DNA of 63,926 nucleotides, the filler included, from an uncultured Methanosarcinales archaeon (GTDB taxonomy: Archaea; Nanobdellota; Nanobdellia; Woesearchaeales; CAZKBD01), in the NCBI GenBank assembly GCA_964550945.1. It is 3 parts of 3 records of this genome, joined end to end, with 100 filler letters (N's around TTAATTAATTAA, not from the genome) between each part and the next. Parts side by side here need not be neighbours in the genome. Positions count along the whole stretch, not along the records: positions 25,896 to 51,280 come from CAZKBD010000019.1; 2 more parts are not named here. One strand, written 5' to 3'. The translations under genes were made by a program, and so were the position numbers. The notes beneath the pieces are model-generated. The model ran no database searches, had not been told where the DNA came from, and worked only from the letters and a program-made list of their open reading frames with translations. Shown piece after piece: positions 29,021-37,930 of the stretch (position 1 is its first letter; every line of letters begins with the position of its first letter).

Positions 29021-29255
29021 TGTCCTAGGGATATATAGTCTGCTACGCAGGATTTATTGGAAATGGAAATTTTACTTTTCGGTCGAAATTTTCCAGAACT
29101 TCGTCCCCACGCTGCGCTCTCGCTTGGATATCCAACTACCCTATTAGCCGGCTTTGCAGAAACCATCTGCCTATTAGACAAAAATAATCGAAAACTTTTA
29201 ATATACTTATCCAATTCTAGATGTATACAAAAGGGGTTCTTAATGATGTATTAGC

Positions 29256-30791
29256 ATGAAGGCATACTTAAAGAAGTTCCGTGAATTAAGGAAAGAGATC
29301 GAGCCAGATAAAGCTCTAGTAAAGATACAGCACCAAAAAGGCAAATTGACTGCGAAAGAAAGAATTGAGATGCTTTTAGACCCTGGCTCTTTCATTGAGC
29401 TAAATGAGTTTGCTGAGTTAAGCAGCAATAACTTCAATTTACAAGATAAAAAAAAGGCCCGTGATGGCGTTATAACAGGCTATGGCACAGTAAACAAAAG
29501 GCCGGTTTGCGTTTATGCTCAGGATTTTACTTTTATGGGCGGGTCTATGGGCGAGATGCATAACAGAAAGATAAGCGGATTAATGAAGCTTGCTTTGAAA
29601 ACAGGCTGCCCAATTATTGGATTATTGGATTCTGGCGGTGCAAGGATACAAGAGGGGATTACTGGCCTTGATGGAGGAGGCAATATTTTCTATAACAATA
29701 CAATTGCTTCTGGAGTTATCCCCCAGATATCTGCTATTCTTGGGCCTTGCGCAGGCATTGCTGTTTATTCGCCTGCACTTACAGACTTTGTGTTTATGAT
29801 AAATAAGCTTAGCCATATGTTCATAACAGGCCCGGATGTTGTAAAGGTAGTTACAGGCGAGATAACCGATTTTGAAAAATTAGGGGGGGCTGCAGTACAC
29901 AGCCAGAGAAGCGGAAATGTGCATTTTGTTACTGAAACAGAAAAAGAATGTTTTTCCATGATAAAGAAACTATTAAGCTATTTGCCTCAAAATAACCTTG
30001 AAAGCGGCCCTATCTTGAATACAGGAGATGACCCTAACAGGCTTAATAATTCGTTAGAGAATATTGTTCCTATAGACCAAAAAAGCTCTTATGACATGAA
30101 AGATGTCATTAATGAGGTTGTGGATAAAAATTCCTTTTTCGAGACGCATTCTGAGTATGCGAAAAACGCTATTGTTGGTTTGGGAAGGCTTAATAATATG
30201 GTTATTGGCATTGTTGCAAACCAGCCAAAAATATTGGCTGGATGCCTTGACATCAATTCTTCTGATAAGATATCAAGATTTGTGAGATTCTGCGACTGTT
30301 TTAACATACCCTTAGTAAATTTTGTCGATGTAACCGGCTATTTGCCTGGCAAGGAACAGGAGCATAATGGAGTTATAAGGCATGGCGCAAAGATATTGTA
30401 TGCTTATTCGGAAGCGACTGTTCCCAAAATAAGCTTAGTGCTAAGAAAAGCGTATGGAGGCGCCTATATTGCGCTGGTCTCGAAAGATATGGGTTTTGAT
30501 AAGGTTTTAGCATGGCCAACTGCAGAGATTGCTGTTATGGGTGCTGAGCAAGCTGTCAATATAATCTACCGCAAAGAACTTGAAAGCAAAAAGGGTGAAA
30601 AAATAAAAAAGAATAAAATTGATGAATTCTCCAAGAAGTTCTTAAATCCTTATTTGGCTGCAAAAGAAGGAAGAGTTGATATGATCATTGAGCCAAAAGA
30701 GACAAGAAAAACGCTAATCAAAGTTCTTGAAATGTTGGCTAACAAGCGTGAGAGAAGGCCTTCAAAAAAACACGGCAATATCCCATTATAA
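29256..30791 (+). CDS. Acyl-CoA carboxylase carboxyltransferase subunit (PccB/MmdA-like)
   Basis: GKLTAKERI, QDFTFMGGS, DSGGARIQEG, GPCAG, RHGAK, RKAYGGAY, KKHGNIPL. Confidence 0.95.
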   Translation: MKAYLKKFRELRKEIEPDKALVKIQHQKGKLTAKERIEMLLDPGSFIELNEFAELSSNNFNLQDKKKARDGVITGYGTVNKRPVCVYAQDFTFMGGSMGEMHNRKISGLMKLALKTGCPIIGLLDSGGARIQEGITGLDGGGNIFYNNTIASGVIPQISAILGPCAGIAVYSPALTDFVFMINKLSHMFITGPDVVKVVTGEITDFEKLGGAAVHSQRSGNVHFVTETEKECFSMIKKLLSYLPQNNLESGPILNTGDDPNRLNNSLENIVPIDQKSSYDMKDVINEVVDKNSFFETHSEYAKNAIVGLGRLNNMVIGIVANQPKILAGCLDINSSDKISRFVRFCDCFNIPLVNFVDVTGYLPGKEQEHNGVIRHGAKILYAYSEATVPKISLVLRKAYGGAYIALVSKDMGFDKVLAWPTAEIAVMGAEQAVNIIYRKELESKKGEKIKKNKIDEFSKKFLNPYLAAKEGRVDMIIEPKETRKTLIKVLEMLANKRERRPSKKHGNIPL

Positions 30792-30792
30792 G

Positions 30793-31179
30793 ATGGAAAA
30801 TTTAATTGTAACTATAGATGGAAAAGAATATACTGTAAAGCTAGAAGAGCTTGATGATAAAAAACTAAGGGTGCATTTTTCTGGAGAGGTTTTCACTGTT
30901 GAGACAAAAGAGGACATCCAAGAAGAAATTGAGGACCAAATAGAGAAAAAAGAGAATGGTGGAGGAAAAAGGATAGTCAGGGCACCTTTGCCAGGCATAA
31001 TATTTTCTGTGGTTGCTAAAAAAGGGCAAAAGATAAAGAAAGGCAAAACCATCTTAAAATTAATCGCCATGAAGATTGAGAATGACATAACTGCCACAAA
31101 GGATGGGATAATAAAAGAGATAAGAGTCAAGAAAAATGACAGCGTAAATAAAGGAGATATTTTGGCTATTATAGAATGA
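30793..31179 (+). CDS. Biotin carboxyl carrier protein
   Basis: VRAPLPG, biotinyl motif variant IAMKIEN, V.KGD.L; likely start MENLIV. Confidence 0.9.
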   Translation: MENLIVTIDGKEYTVKLEELDDKKLRVHFSGEVFTVETKEDIQEEIEDQIEKKENGGGKRIVRAPLPGIIFSVVAKKGQKIKKGKTILKLIAMKIENDITATKDGIIKEIRVKKNDSVNKGDILAIIE

Positions 31180-31180
31180 T

Positions 31181-31420
31181 CTATTTCTTGCCGTTAGAAG
31201 TTCTGCTAAATAAGATAGCGGTCAATATATTCAATGCCCAAGCCTGAAATACGTTCATATGCATATTTGGCCAGAATTTACCTAAGGTGAAATTCCAAAG
31301 CCACATCACTGGCAAGGCTAGAATAAGGCCTACAATGACACTCAACAGAACAACAATCAATGTAGTGTAGCCTATCTCTATTGCTCTTCTTAACAAAGGG
31401 ATCCTAGTCAAAATACCCAT
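31181..31420 (-). CDS. Small hypothetical membrane protein
   Basis: 79 aa, hydrophobic, PVMWLWN...QAWAL. Confidence 0.6.
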   Translation of the reverse strand: MGILTRIPLLRRAIEIGYTTLIVVLLSVIVGLILALPVMWLWNFTLGKFWPNMHMNVFQAWALNILTAILFSRTSNGKK

Positions 31421-31476
31421 GAGTATATCTATTAAGCTAGGGATATTTAAAGGTTATCATTTTTTAGAGTCAGAAT

Positions 31477-32226
31477 TCAGCAGGATCCATCAGCAGCATT
31501 AGCTATCCTAAACTTGAAGATAAATGGCTTTTGGAAGTAAAATTGTTCAGTGTATTTGTCTGCAATGGTTATTAAACCGCCAGCGATAGTCACTTGGATA
31601 TAATTTGAACCGCTGCTGTCTTGGCCACCAAGGGTATGGATATAATCACATTCTTCGGCTTTTAAAACATATGGAACTGGAGCAGTGCCTTCAGTATTAA
31701 TTTTGTTAGCTAAGTACTCACTTATACTATAAACTAAACCAAGCCGAATAAATAACATGGTCTTAAAGTCAGATAGGGTGGTTTTTACATTGCCTGATTT
31801 TATTGCCCACGGATAATCCACTATAATTGCAACATCATTAGGGTTTATGCTTATATCCACCTTATTTATGCTCTGCTTGGATATTTCCATTGATTCAAAT
31901 TCAGACAACTGCAAGCTTGCATCCATGTTGCTTGTAATATAGCCTGCAATTATGGCTTTTATCTCATCTGTAGTCAGTAGATGGTCATTCTCAACAGCCC
32001 CAACTCCATTAAATATCGCTTCTTCACTTAAAGTGTACAATGAGTTCTCAACATAGGTCATTAAAGGAGCTATTTGGCTTGGTGATAAAGCCAGATTCTC
32101 TAACTCGCTATCTGTGCTTTTTTCTGTTATTCTTGAATTTGTATAGATAACAATTCCTGCTATGGCTATGGTAAGACAACCCAAAATTAAGAAAATGTTT
32201 ATCTGGCTTTTCTTCATTTTATGCAT
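31477..32226 (-). CDS. Hypothetical secreted/membrane-anchored protein with a class III signal-like leader
   Basis: MKKSQ followed by a hydrophobic stretch. Confidence 0.6.
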   Translation of the reverse strand: MHKMKKSQINIFLILGCLTIAIAGIVIYTNSRITEKSTDSELENLALSPSQIAPLMTYVENSLYTLSEEAIFNGVGAVENDHLLTTDEIKAIIAGYITSNMDASLQLSEFESMEISKQSINKVDISINPNDVAIIVDYPWAIKSGNVKTTLSDFKTMLFIRLGLVYSISEYLANKINTEGTAPVPYVLKAEECDYIHTLGGQDSSGSNYIQVTIAGGLITIADKYTEQFYFQKPFIFKFRIANAADGSC

Positions 32227-32273
32227 AATTGTGCTTTGTATTTAAATAAATTATTGTTTTATAGATATTTAGT

Positions 32274-32978
32274 TCATTCGCTATAGTAAACAACATCCCC
32301 TTCTGCTATTTTTTTTATCTTATTGCCTTTAGCTTTTAAAATCAGCCTTAAATCACTATCAATACCAATTATCCTGCCTTTGATTGTTTTACCTCTAGTG
32401 ATAATTTTAACTTCTCTGCCAATCGTGTCTGATGATGATTTCCATTTTTTTAATATCTGTTTGTATTGCTTATCATTGAAGTTTTGGTAGAGTGATTCAA
32501 ATTCATCTAGTATGTATTCTGCAAGCTTTCTATTGTCCACCTTTTTATTTAACATCATCCTCAAGGATACGGCTTTTTCCTGCAGATTTTTAGGTATTTG
32601 GTTGTTAGTATTCATGCCAATGCCAACAACCGCAAATTTAGTATTCCCGAAACTGCTTTCAGTAAGTATGCCGCATAATTTTTTGTTTCTAACAACTAAA
32701 TCGTTTGGCCATTTAACCTTGCTTTTTAGTTTAGTCATTTTTGCAACTGCTTTTTGGCATGCGATTGCTGCACAAAATGTCAAATACCCTAATTTACCCA
32801 TATGCATTGGTTTTAGAAGAATAGAAAGCCATAATCCTCCTTTGGAAGAAACCCATTTCCTCTTAAATCTGCCTCTGCCTTTAGTTTGGATTTCAGCAAT
32901 TACCACAGAATTCTCATTAAATCCCTTAACTTTGTCATTAGTTGATGTTAAGCTTTTGAAGTAGTGGATTTTGTACAT
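32274..32978 (-). CDS. birA: Biotin-protein ligase (no N-terminal HTH)
   Basis: STND, QTKGRGR..RKW.S, KWPND, KLCGIL.E, GIGMN. Confidence 0.95.
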   Translation of the reverse strand: MYKIHYFKSLTSTNDKVKGFNENSVVIAEIQTKGRGRFKRKWVSSKGGLWLSILLKPMHMGKLGYLTFCAAIACQKAVAKMTKLKSKVKWPNDLVVRNKKLCGILTESSFGNTKFAVVGIGMNTNNQIPKNLQEKAVSLRMMLNKKVDNRKLAEYILDEFESLYQNFNDKQYKQILKKWKSSSDTIGREVKIITRGKTIKGRIIGIDSDLRLILKAKGNKIKKIAEGDVVYYSE

Positions 32979-32984
32979 TCTTGA

Positions 32985-34868
32985 TCAGAAAATTTCATTC
33001 TCCTGATTCATTTGCTCTTGCCTTCCAGCACTAACCCATGGATTTAGTTTTGGGGCAAGAGGCCTATGCTCCAGATATTTAGCAACTGCTGTTGATACTA
33101 CTAATATCTTCTCTTTTTTTGAAAGGTTTTTTTTGGTTGATTTTTTCTGCTTCTGCAATTTTTCTATTATCTTGTTATCTTCAATAAAAGAGGTGTGTAT
33201 ATTGCCCCTAGCGAAATTTTCATTGCTTAGAACAAGCTGGTGAAATGGAATTGTTGTTTCAATGCCTTCTATTATGTACTCATTTAATGCTCTTCTTGTC
33301 CTTGCAATTGCCTCTTGCATTGTTTTGCCGTGGCACATCAACTTAGATATTAATGAATCATAAAATGGATTGACTACATGGCCTACATGGCAGCTTGAGC
33401 AAACTCTGATCTCTGGGCCTCCTGGGACTATATAATTTGAAATTGTGCCAATAGACGGCTTAAATTCCTCTGATGGATCTTCTGAGTTTATCCTGCATTC
33501 TATTGCAAAACCAGTGATTTCAACATCTCCCTGGGTGTAAGCTAATTTAGCGCCTGCAGCCAATTTAATTTGTTCTTTGACCAGGTCAACTCCAGTTACC
33601 ATTTCAGTAATACCGTGCTCAACCTGGATTCTTGCATTCATCTCCATGAAAAAGAAATTCCCATTTTTATCAACCAAGAATTCAACTGTTCCTGCTCCTT
33701 CATAGCCAACTGCTTTGGCTGCCTTTATCGCAACCTCACCAAGCTCTTCTCTTAATTCTTTTGTGATTGCTGGTGAAGGGGCTATCTCAATAAGTTTTTG
33801 GTGCCTTCTTTGGATAGAGCACTCTCTTTCCCCTAAATGGAGGGTATTGCCATATTTATCAGACAATATCTGGAATTCTATATGCCTTGGCTTCTCAAGA
33901 TATTTTTCTATGTAAATAGAATCATCATTAAAGGCTGCCTTTGCTTCGGTTTTTACTGCTTCATAAGCTTTTTCTAGTTCGCTCTTTTTTGCTACTAACC
34001 TCATGCCTTTACCGCCACCTCCTGCAACGGCTTTTAGGATTACAGGATAACCAATCTCTCCAGCCATTTTTATGGCTTCTGAGATATTTTGCAAAGGTTT
34101 TACTGCACCAGCTATAACAGGAATTCTTTCTTTTATCATTAATTCCCTGGCTTTAGCTTTATTACCCATTGATTTCAAAGATTCAACGCTTGGGCCTATA
34201 AATACAATTTTCTTTTTTTTACAAAGCTCTGCAAATTCAGCGTTTTCTGCTAGAAAGCCATAACCTGGATGGATAGCATCTGACTTTGATTTTTTGGCTA
34301 TTTTAAGTATCTTTTTTATGTTTAGATAACCATCATTAGAACCTATATTATATGCTTTATTTGCAAACTTAACTGCCAGGCTGTCCTTATCAACTTTTGA
34401 ATATATTACTACAGATTCTATGTTCAGCTCCATACAAGCTCTTATTATCCTAAGAGCAATCTCCCCCCTATTAGCAATCAATATTCTCTTAAAAAGGGGC
34501 TTATCACCCAGGATGCTGTATTCTTTATCTGAGCTATCAGAACCTAAGCCACGAGTTAATAAATCCAGGAATGATTTTGAGGATTTATTCTTAATAACCT
34601 CGTTAAGGCGCCTTTCGTCCAGATGAGGCAATCCTCCTATAACTTTCTTGGTGATTATATCTGCTATGCCTTCCATATCAGGATTATGGAGAAGCTGCTT
34701 ATTTCGCTCTAAGGAAACAATATGGGATCTAACTAAGGATTCTACTTGACTATAGATAAAGGGTATAGATTTCTTTGTTTTTTTAGCTAAATTTTTTACA
34801 AACATGTAGCTAGACTCTAGAGGGGCCAGTAGCTTAGTGACTACCTTGTCAAGTACAGCGCTGCTCAT
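32985..34868 (-). CDS. accC: Biotin carboxylase with a ~120-aa N-terminal extension
   Basis: ILIANRGEIA, IHPGYGFLAEN, GGGGKGMR, RECSIQRRHQK, EMNARIQVEH; C-terminal AVAKYL...NPWVSAGR tail. Confidence 0.93.
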   Translation of the reverse strand: MSSAVLDKVVTKLLAPLESSYMFVKNLAKKTKKSIPFIYSQVESLVRSHIVSLERNKQLLHNPDMEGIADIITKKVIGGLPHLDERRLNEVIKNKSSKSFLDLLTRGLGSDSSDKEYSILGDKPLFKRILIANRGEIALRIIRACMELNIESVVIYSKVDKDSLAVKFANKAYNIGSNDGYLNIKKILKIAKKSKSDAIHPGYGFLAENAEFAELCKKKKIVFIGPSVESLKSMGNKAKARELMIKERIPVIAGAVKPLQNISEAIKMAGEIGYPVILKAVAGGGGKGMRLVAKKSELEKAYEAVKTEAKAAFNDDSIYIEKYLEKPRHIEFQILSDKYGNTLHLGERECSIQRRHQKLIEIAPSPAITKELREELGEVAIKAAKAVGYEGAGTVEFLVDKNGNFFFMEMNARIQVEHGITEMVTGVDLVKEQIKLAAGAKLAYTQGDVEITGFAIECRINSEDPSEEFKPSIGTISNYIVPGGPEIRVCSSCHVGHVVNPFYDSLISKLMCHGKTMQEAIARTRRALNEYIIEGIETTIPFHQLVLSNENFARGNIHTSFIEDNKIIEKLQKQKKSTKKNLSKKEKILVVSTAVAKYLEHRPLAPKLNPWVSAGRQEQMNQENEIF

Positions 34869-34924
34869 CAGTATAGAGAGTTATTTTTGGCTTTTTAAAC
34901 GTTTTGATTAAGCCTAGTTATTTA

Positions 34925-34974
34925 CGAAAATTATATAAATAAAGGTGGTTTTTAGGCTATAGGGGGTTGATATT
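34925..34974 (+). promoter_or_regulatory. BRE/TATA-like promoter and GGGGTTGA ribosome-binding leader of the fabZ-thiolase operon
   Basis: CGAAAATTATATAAAT at 34925-34940; AGGGGGTTGA at 34961-34970 before ATG 34975. Confidence 0.5.
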
Positions 34975-35475
34975 ATGAAAAAGATAGATGATTTGAAGGA
35001 TGAAAAAGGAATGCTCGATTCCAACGCAATTAAGCAGATAATCCCATACGAGTACCCTTTCTTGATGATAGATAGAGTAATAAGCCTTGATAAGAACAAG
35101 ATTGTGGCAATAAAGAACATAAGTTCTGATGAATGGTTCTTAAGAGGCCATTTTTCTGGGTTTCCAATAATGCCCGGGGCTTTAATAATAGAAGGCGTAG
35201 GACAAGCATCTACTTTACTGGTCAGATACAACCTAGAAGACCACTACACTAAGGATGTTCTTGCTTTTAGGATAAAAGAAGCTAAGTTTTCAGCTCCAGC
35301 ATTCCCAGGAGATCAACTAAAATATGAGGCAGCTTTAATGGGCCAAGATGAGAGAGGAGCTTTATTGCAGGCAAAGGTAATCAAAGAAGAGAAAGTGATT
35401 GCTGAGGCAACATTAATGCTGGCTGTTGTTGACAGGAAGCAGTTTAGGGCCCAACATAGCGCAGCCTACAAATAG
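34975..35475 (+). CDS. fabZ: 3-hydroxyacyl dehydratase, FabZ family
   Basis: PYEYPFLMIDRV, FLRGHF.G.PIMPGALIIEG..Q (catalytic His and Glu), F..P..PGD. Confidence 0.9.
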   Translation: MKKIDDLKDEKGMLDSNAIKQIIPYEYPFLMIDRVISLDKNKIVAIKNISSDEWFLRGHFSGFPIMPGALIIEGVGQASTLLVRYNLEDHYTKDVLAFRIKEAKFSAPAFPGDQLKYEAALMGQDERGALLQAKVIKEEKVIAEATLMLAVVDRKQFRAQHSAAYK

Positions 35476-35483
35476 GTGTTCTT

Positions 35484-36608
35484 ATGTATGTAAAAGGCGT
35501 AGGCATGACTAAGTTTTCAGTAGAGGACAGGGCTAATTACGAGATGGTATACGAGGCAACAGAAGAAGCTCTGGCTGATGCAGATACCTCCATAAAGGAT
35601 ATCAAAGCAATTGTTATCTCCACAGTTGACAGCACAGTTAATGATGAAAAGCAACGCCATTACAGCTCTTTGGTTAGCTCGCTTCTTAAGAAAAAAGTCC
35701 CTATAATAAGAGTGCCTGCTGTATGTGGGGGAGGAGGAGCAGCTTTCTGGACTGCCTTGAGATTGAATTATGACCCCATACTTGTGGTTGGAACAGATAA
35801 GATTGCGTGCAATAAAACTGAAATAATAACAAAAGAGATACTTAGTGCAGCTGACAAGGTATACAGCCAGGAAGAAGGCCTGGTGTTTCCTGGTGAGAAT
35901 GCGCTTCTTGCACAGCAGCATATGCTCCAGTTTGATACAACTGCAGATGATCTGGCATTAATCGCATTCAAGAATCATGAAAATGCTTATCTAAACCCCA
36001 AAGCACATTTTTATAAAAAGAAAGTCACATTAGAAACAATAAAGAATTCTCCTATAGTTGCTTCTCCATTTAGGTTGTTTGATTGCAGCATTAGCGTGAA
36101 TGGCGCTGCTGCTGCTGTTTTGACAAATGAGAAAACAGATGTTGAAGTTATTGGCTCAGGAATGGCAACTGATTATATAATGACTTTTGAAAGGGAAAGC
36201 TTAACTGAGTTAAAGGCAACCAAGCTGGCTGCAAAACAAGCTTATGAGCAGGCAAAGATTGCGCCTAGTGACATTGATGTGGTTGAGGTGCATGATGCTT
36301 TTACAATAATGGAGTTGATGGCGTATGAGGATCTTGGTTTTGTTGAGAAAGGCTATGGCTCTAAATTAGTCAGGGATGGAACAACAAAGCTAGATGGCAG
36401 GCTTCCAGTAAATACTGCCGGTGGTTTAAAGGCAAGAGGCCATCCAATAAGCCCTACTGGAATGGCTCAGATTTATGAGATAGTGAAGCAATTAAGGGGC
36501 GAATGTAAAGAGAGGCAGGTAAAAAATCATAAATATGGGCTTACTCAAAATATTGGCGGAGTTGGAGCTTCAATAACAGTCCATATATTCAAGAAGGCAG
36601 GTGGTTAA
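35484..36608 (+). CDS. Thiolase, archaeal/SCP2-like type, copy 1
   Basis: PAVCGGG (active Cys), N...NPKAH, EVHDAF, GGLKARGHP..PTG, NIGG. Confidence 0.9.
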   Translation: MYVKGVGMTKFSVEDRANYEMVYEATEEALADADTSIKDIKAIVISTVDSTVNDEKQRHYSSLVSSLLKKKVPIIRVPAVCGGGGAAFWTALRLNYDPILVVGTDKIACNKTEIITKEILSAADKVYSQEEGLVFPGENALLAQQHMLQFDTTADDLALIAFKNHENAYLNPKAHFYKKKVTLETIKNSPIVASPFRLFDCSISVNGAAAAVLTNEKTDVEVIGSGMATDYIMTFERESLTELKATKLAAKQAYEQAKIAPSDIDVVEVHDAFTIMELMAYEDLGFVEKGYGSKLVRDGTTKLDGRLPVNTAGGLKARGHPISPTGMAQIYEIVKQLRGECKERQVKNHKYGLTQNIGGVGASITVHIFKKAGG

Positions 36609-37734
36609 ATTGATAGTGAGATGGATATGTAAAAAATGCAACAAAAAATGGATATACCCTATTGAAAGATGCATCTATTGTAAGGATGCGGTTGAAAAGC
36701 AGATAGGCAAAAAAGTGAAAGTTGTTGGGGTAACAAAAATTCTTATACCCTCTCCAGAACACCCTATAATCCCCTATTACGCTTTGATCCTAGAAGATGA
36801 GCACGGCAATAGAATGCCTAAAAAAACAATGAAGGAATATAAACTAGGAGAGAGCTATAGATGGGAAAAAAGTGATGATGAAAGCGCTGTTTCTATCATT
36901 AAAATAAAATATGATTTTTATGAAGCAATAAAACATGCTTTGCAATTAATCGGGGATATTGATGTTAACCCAAGCTCTAAAGTGCTAATCAAGCCAAACA
37001 TCATGGCAGATGCTTATTCATACCAGGCAATAACCACTAACCCTAAAGTTGTAAAGGTGTTGATTGAATACCTTTTTGAGAAAGGAGTTAAAAAAGAGAA
37101 TGTCACGATAGCTGAGCAAACCCAATTTGGCGAATTTGAAAAAGCAGCCAATAAATCAGGATTTAGCAGCTTAGCCAATGAATTAGGGGTTAAGCTAGTT
37201 GATTTAGGAAAAACGGAATTTATTGAAAAAGAGTCTGGAGGCTTTAAATTCAAGATTTCAAAAGAATTGTTTGATAAAGATTTAGTGATCAATGTTCCTG
37301 TTATGAAAACCCATCTTCTTTTGGGCATTTCAGGAGCTTTAGAGAATATGATCAGGGTTGTTTCTACAGAGACATACAAGGCATTGGAAAAAAACCCTAA
37401 AGTTTTGGAGGCAATTGCCTATCTTCATAAACTATTGCCAAAATACCTTGCAATAGGAGATGCTTCTATCGGTATGCAGGGAAACGGGCCTTTAATGTAT
37501 GGCGAGCCTGCTTTCCTTAACATGATACTATCTTCAAGGGATCCAGTTGCTTTAGATACTGTGTTTAAGGAAATAGGCTTGTTAGGAAAAGCCCCTTTAT
37601 TGGAGATAGCTGAAAGAATTGGAATTGGAACTTCTGATTTAAGGGAAATAATAAATGTTGGAGATGAATTAGATGCCTGCAGGCGTGAGTTAAAGCCTGC
37701 GATTGGTTCAAAGCTAATCAAACAAAATGGTTAA
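36601..37734 (+). CDS. DUF35-like (Zn ribbon plus OB-fold) domain fused to a DUF362 domain
   Basis: N-terminal CKKC...YP...CIYC and PYYALILEDEHG; C-terminal VLIKPN, INVPVMKTH..GISGALEN, SRDPVALD. Confidence 0.75.
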   Translation: MVKLIVRWICKKCNKKWIYPIERCIYCKDAVEKQIGKKVKVVGVTKILIPSPEHPIIPYYALILEDEHGNRMPKKTMKEYKLGESYRWEKSDDESAVSIIKIKYDFYEAIKHALQLIGDIDVNPSSKVLIKPNIMADAYSYQAITTNPKVVKVLIEYLFEKGVKKENVTIAEQTQFGEFEKAANKSGFSSLANELGVKLVDLGKTEFIEKESGGFKFKISKELFDKDLVINVPVMKTHLLLGISGALENMIRVVSTETYKALEKNPKVLEAIAYLHKLLPKYLAIGDASIGMQGNGPLMYGEPAFLNMILSSRDPVALDTVFKEIGLLGKAPLLEIAERIGIGTSDLREIINVGDELDACRRELKPAIGSKLIKQNG

Positions 37735-37930
37735 TATAAGATTTGATATTGAAAGATGTAAAGATTGCAAGCTTTGTGTAGGTGTCTGCCCTCAAAAAAA
37801 TATAATGATCTCAAAAAAATTGAACAAAAATGGTTATCATTATGCTGAAATAATTGATAAAGAAAAATGCACTGGCTGCGGCTTTTGCTTCCAGATGTGC
37901 CCTGATCTGGTTATTGAGGTTGAGAAATGA
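37727..37930 (+). CDS. 2[4Fe-4S] ferredoxin / delta subunit of 2-oxoacid:ferredoxin oxidoreductase
   Basis: CKDCKLCVGVCP and CTGCGFCFQMCP. Confidence 0.92.
   Translation: MVNIRFDIERCKDCKLCVGVCPQKNIMISKKLNKNGYHYAEIIDKEKCTGCGFCFQMCPDLVIEVEK

Noticed and set aside
29040..29180. tRNA, RNase P RNA (GGGGACGAAGTTC resembles CR-I) or group I intron (GATATATAGTCT resembles the S element)
   Set aside because: No T-arm or acceptor stem, no P4 partner strand and no matching R element found; kept only as an unclassified candidate
28993..29254. Short ORFs 28993-29214 and 29057-29254
   Set aside because: No recognisable motifs or coupling to neighbouring genes; they overlap probable promoter sequence
29256..31179. 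Na+-pumping methylmalonyl-CoA decarboxylase
   Set aside because: No membrane beta subunit nearby, and a biotin carboxylase is present, favouring a carboxylase
35484..37734. Mevalonate-pathway thiolase/DUF35/HMG-CoA synthase module
   Set aside because: No HMG-CoA synthase or reductase in the window; neighbours are fabZ, fabG, plsC and gpsA. Cannot be excluded genome-wide
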